Below, piece by piece: positions 50,001 through 59,800 of a DNA stretch of 64,000 nucleotides. A program made the translations under genes and the position numbers. This stretch comes from Orbicella franksi. Lineage: Eukaryota. The DNA lies in NCBI GenBank assembly GCA_964199315.1, contig OZ116704.1, positions 3,720,001-3,784,000 of the forward strand, read 5' to 3'. The notes beneath the pieces were generated by a model. It ran no database searches, was not told the DNA's origin, and worked only from the letters and a program-made list of their open reading frames with translations. How positions within the stretch are numbered: the stretch's first letter is position 1; each line of letters starts with the position of its first letter.

Positions 50001-53000
50001 GTGTCGCGTCCTGGATTCTTAAACTCCCTATATAAATGGCGGAACATAACCCTACATGCAGCTGAGACATCTTCCTAGTCACCTACCGAAAACTGAAACA
50101 ACCACGTATCCTTCATCTCTCTTGTTATCACTGTTCACCGCTGTACACTTGTACCGGCCAGCGTCTCCTTTTTGTACCTTGGAGATATGAAGCGTGTTGT
50201 CACTTGACACTGACTGACGCTGGTTAAAAGGGATGCTGGCTCCATCTTTAGACCACGTGACGGTTGGAACTGGATAACCTTTTGCTACACAAGGCAGCTG
50301 AACGGATTGGCCTCGAGTCGCATTAAAGTCACGTGGTATTGATGTTATATTCGTCGTACCTGAGTGATTGAAACAGAATTGTGTCACTGGAAAAAGGCAG
50401 CCTTAGCTACAACATTCAATCAAACTGTAATTTATATTCAAACGTTTTTTTTTTCACCTTTTATTTGAGTTATCAGAAGATTTAATCATTCTCAAAACGT
50501 TAGTACTAAGAACTTTCATAAAAAAGGAAAAAGTTGAAAAATTTATAGAAATGCTAAGCTTTCTTAGAACCTGGTATTTTTGACATGTCACATGTCTAGT
50601 TTCAGTTGAAAAGACAAAGTAACAGTTACCCGTTGAACTCTATTAAGACCGTGCGTGGTAGGGTGGTGGAGCTCTTGAGGCCCTAGGCAACTTTGAACGC
50701 TTGTAACTTCTAATTCGCTCCAAATTTGGTGACTTTTCCTTAAGGCTACCTGGTGATAATTTGGTATGATATGACTTTGACTTCGTCCGTTTTCACATTT
50801 CTGGAAGTAACTTTAACTTTTGAAGAAGCCATCTACTAAGGTCACTTATTATATCTCTCAGTTAGTACGCGCGCTGTGATTGGTCAATTTAGCGGGTCGT
50901 ATTCTACTGTCCGCTAAAACTTAAAGCTATTTTTGTTGCCAAAATGTTTCGCGATTTATCGCCAAGTGTTCTTAACTTTTATAGCAAGTAAAAGTTTAAA
51001 ACTTTCTTTTACTTCTAAAATTGTGCATTGAAACCTGCTAACGACTTAAGGGTCACTTAACAACGATTTCAAATTGACTCGTTTTGCTTTCGACATGCGT
51101 CAGAAATTTGAAGCCGTTCCGTGTGAATAGAAATCGTTTCCGAACTTGGCGGACACACAGTAGAGAGGGCTGTACTGTAAGTTACGGATCCTCATTTTTC
51201 CCTTCGATTTGTGGCGATGGGGAAAAAACTCGGTCCGTAACTTTCTGTCCGTAACTTACAGTACAGCCCTCGAACTCGGTTAGTAAGAGGTATGTAAACG
51301 ACCACGTAACGTGAAATGCAAGAGACTGACTCCTCCCTGCCAAGATCCTTCCCCCGCCCCCAATCATATCACTTTGTAGACAGGCGAGTAGCAAGACAGG
51401 AGTAGAGTTAGTTCCCAGTACTGACCTTCAATGTAGACATGAATCACTTCTGAAGTGCAATTTCCAATATTGCAGGCCACGCACTTGTACTGCCCGCTTT
51501 TCCTCACATCCATGTTATCCGCTTTCAGAGTACTTTGCTTGGCCTCGCTCAGCCGAGATGACGTAATACTGTATCCATACCCATCATGCACTTGCTGATC
51601 ATCTAAGTACCACGTGATCTCTGGTTCTGCATGACTGTATGCTCTGCACCATTCATTCAGGCCTTGGCCGGGTTTCAGAACAACGTTTTGGGCACTGGAG
51701 GTAATTGAGGGATTGCGCTCTGATAAAAGAGAAGATCGAGTAAAGATATTGTTTCCCGACTCTGTAGTAGACATAATAAGAAACAAGATATTGAAGCAGA
51801 GTCAATGTTTTAGCGATCGCAAGCTTTCGACGCTGTGATAGCGTTGAAAGGTTGCGATCACTAAAGCATTGACTCTGCTTCGACGCCTTGTTGCTTCTTA
51901 TGCCTCCATGTTGTCAAGCAGCCGTAATTGACAGTTAAGCTTCAAATAACGTTTGTACAGCATCGGCTGCGACCCAGCCTTCCCCCCCCCCCCCCCTTCC
52001 CCCAATTCACTTTTTAAAACATTTCTCGCAAATACAGGATAACAATGAAAACATTTCTAACATTATTCGAAACAGAAAATTAAGAGTAAGTCTTCTAAAA
52101 AAACGTCTTTAGCTAGTCGATTTTGAAAAATAGATAATAAATGTTTCTGATGATTTACTGATTTTTTAGGGATTTGGGCGAAAGTGTATCCTTCCATTTG
52201 CACATTCAACTGTTTGTTCGTGTTTATCTTCTCCCTCCCGTTTATTGTTCTGTTCATGGCATACAACAACCCCTCCTTTCTGATTTTTACCTTAGTGCGC
52301 TTAGAGACTTTCTTAGTTTTCATGACGAATTACTACTGGAACGTTAGTTGACTGATACTGATGGCGTCACTGCATCAATAGAGCGGATTACAGCACGTCC
52401 CACAATCCCAAGGGATCTCAATGAAGATGACGTTATGCGCGCGCACATACCTGCTGTAATGAGAACGGCGCTACTCTGCACCACTTCCCGGCCGTTGTCG
52501 GCGACGCACTGGTACACACCAATATCGCCGCCGAAGATTACAGAAAACACGAGTCTGTTGGGTTTGATGCTGATCCGAGACGTACCAGTGAATTGTTTAC
52601 CGTTCAGAAGCCACGTGATGTTGGGTTTAGGCTGACCGGTTACGTCACACTCCATGATATATCCTGAAGACACAGAGGCGACTTTCCTCCGAGGTCGAGC
52701 GACAAATTTCAGTGGAACTTAAACAAAGAAACAGAGAACACTTCAGTGAATCATTCTTCTATAATGTCCCTTCAAAAAACCTAGAGTATGGGGAGAAACT
52801 TTGCACTAAGTTAACCCTTAAGTCTTAACCCTTCATTACCTCTTTTGCAGGGACTATATGTTCTAGGGGAAACGTTGCTACCTCAGGATGACTATAGTGC
52901 AATATGTGGGTCAAAGGGAAAGGTAAAGTTTGCATACAAGCCAAGTGGGCAATCAGGCTGGCGATTTCCTGTTTTCTACTCTCCCCTGGATGGGATGCTA

Positions 53001-55863
53001 GTCCATCGCAGGATTACTTCCACCATTAAATTTGCCGGTACTCACTGATACAGAGAGGCACTGCAAGAATAAAGTAAATTGCTCAAGAACACAACATAAT
53101 GTCCCCGGCCAGGACTCGAACCCAGACTGCTTGATCCAGAGACGAGCGCGCTAACCGTGAGGCCACCGTGCTTCCGGAATCAGGGCCAAACATAGTCAAT
53201 AAAAAATGGTTAGTCTCTGGTTCATGGAGAGACAAGTGAAAAGGTGAAAAAGACAAAAGCATTTTTCACACTAACCCAATACAGTCAGGTACATATGAAG
53301 GGTTGCGGAGCCCCTCGAATTTTTCACCGTACACTCGTACAAGCCCTGGTCTTCAAACTGTGTCTTGTCAATGCGTAGACTGCCACCCGCAAACCTTGAA
53401 AAACGTTCCCCCATCTGTCTTGGGACTCCATCCTTCTTCCACGTGTACTCTTCCATCGTGGGTACAGGGTAACCCTCCGCCATACACTGAAGCTTGCTGG
53501 TGTCTCCTTCCGTTACTGTGATGTTGAATGATTTATTCAGGATCCTGGGAGGGGAAGGTTGTTGCTCTGGAAAGGAAGACAACGAAGTTGAATGCTGCTT
53601 TGCTGCTTACTCGAAAATTTGGGGAGTAATTTTTTTTCACCTAACCTGCAGCGTAGCAAGCGTTTACGTGGAGTTCATGATCAGGAGCAAAGAATTACCG
53701 CGCGAAATGACTCTCGCCCCATTTTTTGCGCGGGCACAACACCGAAAATCCCGTTCCTCGGGCTTTCTTTGCTCCCCAACCGCACGGAAACACTTGCTAC
53801 GCGGGATATCGTCACACTTTTTCCTGCTTATACAGCCACAAAGAGAAAAATGCTTTTAAAAGAATGATAGCAAATAAGTCTCTAATACTTAATGACTGGT
53901 CAAGAGGAGAATAGTGAATGTTACATCCCGAGAATCTCATGTAATTACATTACTTTCCCTTAAAGGTCACAAATCATCAGTAATATTATAGTTATAGTCA
54001 AAACAGTTTGACCTGCTTTCAGCATGTGTCATGCATGTTTCAGTTCAATATGAGATTGCCTTGTCATATATTTAAGTATATCATTGCATTTTTGGGTGTT
54101 TTGAGTTAGTGGAGACCTTTTTGCGATCCTAGCTTATCCTTGTAATTAAAGTAAATTACCAACCAACAACTCGACGAAATTCATTTAGATGCGAGGTCTA
54201 AATAAATATTGTAAGTATCAGAACGTACTTATCCAGGGTGGCAATACTACGATTAGGGCTAGCCTATGTACATCACAATTTCAACAACGAGCTGGACGTT
54301 TCTCACAGCTTGTAGCTTACGAGGGGCGAAGTTCCTGAACCAACTTCCAAAATTGATGAAACTGAGAGTAAGCAGTGTAATTATCTTAGCTTAAATGTAT
54401 TTGACACGGAACAACAGTAAAACTGATTTGTTGACGTTTCTGTTTTATGTTTTTCGTCCATAACGAGCAAAGCAAAGCGGGCGCTATCCGAAAAGACTTC
54501 TATCGATCAATATTGGGTGGCTATATCAAAGTGCGAGTTTGCCAACAATCAGGGGACTGGGTTATGCTGATAACAACTGAAATTCCGCGCCTCAACTCCA
54601 GGCACTATTTAAGGAGAGAGTAGCGATACGACTAATCGCTTCATGCCGGGTAAAACCTGCAATTCACTGTTTGCATTATGTGCCACCTCTAGTTCAACTA
54701 GTACATCCTTACCTTTCAAAAATAACTTGGCTGGATTGCTAAAATGCTTCTCTCCTGTCAGAATATTGACCGCTGTACAGTAGTACGTGGCTTTTGCCGC
54801 ATCATCGTTCACGTTTGTAATGACCAAATCTCCGGATGGCATAAGAGTATATTTACCACCTAACGTGATCACATTGAGTCCGTTATGCCACGATATGACA
54901 CGCACGTAATCTCGCACATGCTCCGGGATCACGATTTTAATAACGGCCGTGTTTCCACGAATTACGTAACTGTCTTGTGCGTAAATCTTGTATGGTTGAA
55001 TGATAACTACCAGAGAAAATGTAAGATACAAATTAGTAAGCCAAAACTAGTTAGTGTAACAAATACGAATTGCCACAGGTTTAGTATCAAAATTGTCTCA
55101 AAAACAAATTTCAACCACTCAAAGGTCGCGTCGAACCTTTCTGAGTCTGTAAAGGAGCACGATTTCTCTCGGGGCGGTTGATTAAGATCTTGTGATCATC
55201 ATTAGTTGGTGGGCCAAAAGGATAGCGGGCAGTTGATTAAATGACATTTATCAAATAAATAAACTTCTGACAAAGTTTGAGTTCTAATAATTAAGAAACG
55301 ACTTCTTTGCATTTCCATTCACGAAATGATCGTGATTGACTTTGATTGATGGTGATTTGATTTCTGGCCTGCGTCGTACACGTACCAGCGAAAAATGGTG
55401 CACTTCATAGACAAGCAATGTAGTTTTTCTTGGTTAGAGTGAAGTCGATAAACATTTTCATAATGAGTTTGCGGTTTCCTGCAAAACAACTTAAACAAAG
55501 ACATGTTTGCTGCACACCCCACCCCCTCCAGTTTACCTGCACGTAACTTGGCTACCTTGCTGATGATTTCAAAGATTCCAAATTTGTTATTTGGTGTCTT
55601 TGCAACGCACTGATAATCCGCTCTATGCACAGAAAAATTAAACCTGTCCTTGGTGAAGGCTGGGAAGTATAAGGAACCATTGGGAAAGATGTAGCGTAAG
55701 CCGGTGATGTTGCTGCTTATCACGTGATCAGAGCGTGCGATTTTCCAAGTGATATTAGCTCTCGGTCTGTCTTCCACTCTACAATTCAATATTGCTGACC
55801 GATTATGTGCAAACTGGGTATCCGCTGGCTCTTCTGTGAAACGCAGATCCAAAGGAATCTCAG
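35714..55863 (-). CDS. DSCAM: Dscam-like Ig/FN3 cell-adhesion receptor. Exons in transcript order: 55863-55537 Ig1, 55006-54713 Ig2, 53566-53276 Ig3, 52717-52451 Ig4, 51719-51426 Ig5, 50359-50087 Ig6, 48591-48298 Ig7, 47815-47507 Ig8, 46580-46284 Ig9, 45489-45196 FN1, 44572-44502 + 43779-43545 FN2, 43328-43026 FN3, 41009-40701 FN4, 40113-39841 Ig10, 39660-39379 FN5, 38681-38490 TM, optional 38442-38425, 37876-37804, 36872-35714
   Basis: Ig1 (FPNGSLYFPAF...VH...YQCVA) and Ig2 (PY.....YVIRGNTAVIK..IP..VRDYV.V.SW...TGE...SNPAKL) match Dscam-family signatures. The Ig9-FN4-Ig-FN order is Dscam-specific. All splice sites are GT-AG and the joined frame is open for about 1945 codons. TM segment FLGVLIGVGALIVVVIVCLLLVAF; C-terminus GSIV. 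Confidence 0.9.
37045..37341 (-). mobile_element. Full-length tRNA-derived CORE-type SINE with 13-bp TSD
   Basis: TSD actatggtgtact at 37032-37044 and 37342-37354. On the minus strand: head with A/B-box-like motifs, MIR-CORE-like ttgggcaagacactttactctcacagtgcctc...tgtataaatggg, and tail actttaccttacct. Confidence 0.9.
38020..38280. repeat. Interspersed element with nested internal inverted repeats (Helentron/DINE-like architecture)
   Basis: 11-bp IR at 38133-38143 and 38268-38278 encloses a 15-bp IR at 38160-38174 and 38239-38253. Confidence 0.6.
38425..38442 (-). CDS. Candidate 18-nt in-frame microexon of the Dscam-like gene (encodes A-L-A-T-A-R)
   Basis: gtcaag|CATTAGCTACGGCACGAG|gtaaga, phase 1-1. 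The upstream intron is only 47 nt. Confidence 0.45.
39150..39360 (-). mobile_element. LINE-like 3' stub with AATAAA and (ATTG)n tail
   Basis: On the minus strand: aaataaaaaatgattgatggatggattgattgattgattgatt. The left end is defined by the microsatellite tail; the right end is approximate. Confidence 0.55.
41997..42069 (-). tRNA. tRNA-like sequence (GGT at anticodon position, Thr-like), repeat-borne, non-canonical
   Basis: Exact reverse complement of 42287-42359. Confidence 0.6.
42287..42359 (+). tRNA. tRNA-like sequence (GGT at anticodon position, Thr-like), repeat-borne, non-canonical
   Basis: Acceptor stem GGCTTCA/TGAAGCC, D stem GCTC/GAGC, T stem ACGGG/CCCGT with loop TTCGAAT, intact A and B boxes, T6 at 42363-42368. 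The anticodon arm has an A-C mismatch and C at position 33. Confidence 0.6.
42477..42985. repeat. Two tandem partial copies of an interspersed element with internal inverted repeat
   Basis: 17-bp IR ttagtataaatctacta (42477-42493) and tagtagatttatactaa (42659-42675). The blocks gagtagcgtagcagcg, ctgtgaagaggattt and gatagaaatctcg...ataatctaattg each occur twice. Confidence 0.65.
43996..44033 (+). repeat. (CA)n microsatellite
   Basis: About 19 CA units. Confidence 0.95.
44713..44896. mobile_element. MITE with 16-bp TIRs
   Basis: aacaggtcattttaca and tgtaaagtgacctgtt (1 mismatch). Confidence 0.7.
48824..49304 (+). mobile_element. 5'-truncated CR1/L2-clade LINE 3' end with (CACTT)n tail, antisense to Dscam
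   Basis: ORF 48823-49065 resembles a CR1/L2 ORF2 C-terminus (HSRSTR...RTFAVRTIKDWNSLP...SVKSFK). aataaag is followed by (cactt)3. Possible 7-bp TSD aaggcca at 48817-48823 and 49305-49311. Confidence 0.8.
49679..50028. mobile_element. MITE with TIRs gggagtttaagaa / ttcttaaactccc, flanked by TA
   Basis: Perfect 13-bp TIRs with TA at 49677-49678 and 50029-50030. Confidence 0.8.
50846..51297. repeat. Interspersed element with a 23-bp internal inverted repeat near one end
   Basis: Perfect IR agggctgtactgtaagttacgga (51166-51188) and tccgtaacttacagtacagccct (51248-51270). Boundaries approximate. Confidence 0.6.
51793..51881. repeat. Long fold-back hairpin (42-bp arms, 5-nt loop)
   Basis: Arms 51793-51834 and 51840-51881 with 4 mismatches. 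Confidence 0.85.
52918..53175 (-). mobile_element. Diverged, internally deleted copy of the CORE-type SINE
   Basis: Colinear similarity to 37045-37341 (ggtaaagt..., cccctggatggga.gctagtccatcgc, caagaacacaaca.aatgtccccgg, gaggccaccg). Confidence 0.8.
53642..53808. mobile_element. Short MITE with about 20-bp TIRs
   Basis: gcgtagcaagcgtttacgtg (53651-53670) and cacggaaacacttgctacgc (53783-53802), 2 mismatches. Confidence 0.7.
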
Positions 55864-56417
55864 CTGGAAATTGAGGACAAAAACATTATCTTAATTTTTG
55901 AACGAGTATGCTGTTAAAATTAAAAGTTGCTTCATTTTATATCGAAGTCTGATGATCTTTTGCCTCTCATAACCAACAAATGTGTATTCTAGGCACTTTC
56001 CTTTCAACCAAAACAAAACTTTGACTTGTAACTTTAAAAGGTGATTCGGACGCTCGCATTCAGAGGTCGTGAGAAATTCTGCAACTCATTTTATTTATTT
56101 CAAAACTGTTGGTATAGTTTGATAGCCAGCTCCATAAGCTATAATTTGCTGTAGGGGTTTATTTATCTACACTTCAAACTGGACGCGCTACATCGCCTGG
56201 ACGCGAGGCACCTTTGAAGGTATACGGTAACCGTCATTAAGAACACTAATCGGTTCAGTACTGAGCTACAACAGGAAAACGAACGAGTAGAAGACATGAA
56301 AATACTCTTCTATATTCGTTGTATTTACATCGCAGCGATTAGTGGCTTTATGTCGGAAGTTATATTAGTTTTCTCTTAGTGAGCCCAACTACAAGTTATA
56401 CCTCCCATAAAGGACTA

Positions 56418-56870
56418 CCCTCTGATAAGCGACTACCACCCTCTGATAGGCGACTACCACCCTCTGATACGCAACTACGGGCGGCACACGAAGTTTTGTC
56501 TCCCATATGGGACCACCCTTTGATTAGCAGCTGCTGGCCTCTCGCATTGGTTCACCTCCCACCAGGTACCACTTTCTTTAGTTAACTACTGGCCTCCCAC
56601 AAAGTTCTGCCTTCCACTAGGGACCACTCTGTTTAGGCAACTACTGACCTCCCACAAAGGCGAACCTCTGATTAGAGACCACCCTTTGATAGACGACTCG
56701 ACCAGACTTCCAACAACCTCGATCCCGTAAGCCAGCTTTCTCCGATAAGAAGATGTCTCCCACAAAGATCTAGACCACCTTCCGACAAGCGACTACCTCC
56801 AACGAGCGAGTATCTTCTAGAGAGACTACTTCCTGTTCTAAACCACCCCCTGATTGGCAGCCAGCGGGGT
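56418..56870. repeat. 21-bp tandem repeat (x3) grading into degenerate gaccacc/ctcccacaaag motif copies; probable MITE remnant
   Basis: ccctctgata(a/g/c)gcgactacca three times at 56418-56477, followed by looser copies. Confidence 0.6.
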
Positions 56871-59800
56871 GATGGCTTATTATTAAAGAGCTTGACTTTG
56901 TCAGTAGCTATAATGTAACTATGTTACTCATTTATAGTGAATTTTTAACGCGAAATGCGTCTTTGCGCTGAGGTTCCTAGCTCGTAATTTTCTGTTCAAC
57001 GCAGTGATAAGAACACTTTCTGTGTACCCACGTTGTCAGTACAGATCGGGTTTTGACTGTATGCATTGTAATCCTGCCTACTGGCCTGGCCTGAGCATTC
57101 ATTTTCTCGATGATTTAAAAAATGTTCTGATCATTCGGAGCGAAATGCGCTTATTTCTTAGCAAATCAGGTACAAACCCGAATACAACTCAGTCTCGCTA
57201 AGAAGCGTTTTCCTTCACTTTCACCTGTCAAATGTCTAATTTGTCTCGAGTACTGATTGTTTTGTTATTTATGGACTTAACGAGCAGTCTCCAGCCCCTA
57301 CTATCGAACAAGGTGCCCGGCCTATTTCTTCGCGAACGCTTTTCGAAACGCTAGCTCAGTACAAATCGACCTTCACGTCTAGAATTTTAAACATTCAATA
57401 CAGCAAAAAAAAAAAAAAAAAAATCGAATAAAGAAGATTTATTTATTCTTGGCGTCTAAAGTGCATTCCTAATGAAACTGCGTGTCTTGAAAACTACCAC
57501 GAGAAGCGGAAGATTAACCGAATATGGCCAGTGTAATTTGGGGTTAAAGCAAATATATTTATGCTACATAAATCCCCATAAAATTAAGAAGTGCTCACAG
57601 CAGTGTTGTCTTCACAGATATATTTGCTAGATATGAGAAAAGAAGAGGCATAGTTTTGAAAATAATTTTTATCTCTGCCATTATGTAAAGCGTACGTGCG
57701 TAGGTTTTTTAATGAGTTTTTACGGAAGCACGAGGTCTTAAGTTGTTTGCGGCAAAATTTATACCGCGAACAAAAAAACATGATGGCGAATACTCAACAA
57801 AAAAGAAGAAATTTTTACCACATGCATGACTGGAAATTTGACCATATAAGGGAGCAATAACCCGAAAAAAGAAACCTTAACTATTAAATGTTTTAATCGC
57901 CGCGCTTGCTTGCTGCACACACTCGCAAATTGCTCTTTAGAATTCCAGTGTTTACTTGCTGACGACTGGTCACGTAGTAAATAAAATCAGGTCCTTGAAC
58001 CTTACTCACCGACACTTTACAACTAAAAGTTGTTCCTCTTGTGTAAAATATTGTAAAAATTTACTACTTACGATTTCAAGCTTTAGAATCATCGAGCAAA
58101 TTCAATTCCCAAGGCCATCGGACCACTGCTTAGGTTTGCACACTTAAGGTGATTTAATATCTTTGCTTGTGGGTACGTGCAAGCTGATGAAATTCTGGTC
58201 ACGATTTCAAACGGACTCAGTCGATGGAATTAATATATCTACAAACGTACGTGCAATTCTCACATTAAATCGTCTCTGACTGATGATACTTCTTTCGGTG
58301 AAAATTCGGGAGAGGTGATAAAGCAAGCAGCTGTGCTCAAAGTTAGCCACCGTGTTGTTTAGGGATTTAGAAAGGAAGCAAGAATCAAGATTAGCACTCC
58401 ATTGGTTTTCTAAATAGCATGGAATGCAAGAAGACGGATGAACCCAGACTTGGGTGTTTTTTATTAAGAAGGATTGAGGAAACCAGGGAAAGAAACCACT
58501 GAGATCCCTCGCCATGGTACACTGCTTACCTGATCGGATTTTCAGAGCTGAATTTATGAATTTTCAAAAAAATCGTGGACTCATTATATGGAATGTTTAA
58601 CCCTTGAAACGCGCACAGAGAGAGAAACGAAGACTGATCGAAGACTGTGTGTTTTTATCAGTCTGTGTTCTTCAGTCTGGATTGTTTATTCCGTAAAATG
58701 TATTTCCCGCCATCCTCACGTCGTTGCGGAATTGCCAAACTGAGTACTGCTCGACTACATCTTAAAAATTTAAGTCGTAACAATACCTTGGTCCTGATAT
58801 CTTATAAGGCAACCGACACTGAAATGTCTTCCTCGACTCGCATGATCACTGAGTTTTCACGCGACGAGCGTCGTTTCTATCATTCGTTCGTAGCTGAAAG
58901 GATGTTCCAGCGCCGATTGAGGAAAAAAAAACACCTCTATTGAAACTTTATGCCTGCTTCATTTTTGTTTCCAACATTTTTAGTCGACAGTGAGCTGAGC
59001 GTCTCGCCCGATTGAAGGAAAGTTTCTTTTATTACAGACTGAAAACAAATCGACGTTTAAACCGAGTCAGCAAAGAGTAATATTGGACTTCAATAAAAAC
59101 TTATCTCATGCTGCGGCTTCATGATGATGCAATAACAGGTATGAATTACTACAACCAGGACTTTCGATTTAGTTATTTATTTTAGCCGTTTATTTGTTAT
59201 TCTACAGCTACGTTCTGCTCAGTTAACTGAGATTTCGATTATTCACAAGGAAGATTTAACAGACGATTTTTCCTGATATGGCAATTTCCCACAAAAACTG
59301 TAGAACCCATATCGAACACTCGTATTAACCCCGAAGTTACATACGTGTAGCTTATATATACTGTGAACTGCATGACGGTCTATTCAAACTGAAAACAGGT
59401 TCTTTCTTGTTTAAAGCTCGCATTTGTAAATCGCTTCAGGATTTTTCACTTTGACCTAGAGTACTGGTTCAGGGTTTAAACTTTGAAGTTCGCTGCAAGA
59501 TGGGACAGAATCGTAATAAATATATTCATCTCGTCCAGATGTCACTTCAGCTCTATTTCTAATTCACTGTTATATTACAAGTTGTCGAATCTACGAATGG
59601 CAAAACATGTAGTTTTTGCTAAGTCATCTATTTTCAGAAAATATTTAATCAGGCTGCAACGCGGCCATAGCTGCAATCTTTGTACAGCTTGAAATTAGCT
59701 TCGCAGGTTGAGAATCTGCTGTCCACTGTTTAGCATCAGTTACCGAACGCCTCGGAGGGTTCGAAAGCCCGTGGGCTGATGTGTTGCAGTACAATTTCTG

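Noticed and set aside
56418-56477. CRISPR-like array
   Set aside because: The 21-bp units are directly adjacent with no spacers, no cas genes are present, and the context is eukaryotic.
58207-58515. ORF MARDLSGFF... as the Dscam N-terminus
   Set aside because: No convincing hydrophobic signal peptide or phase-1 donor, and it lies just inside a strong donor at about 58530 (likely intronic).
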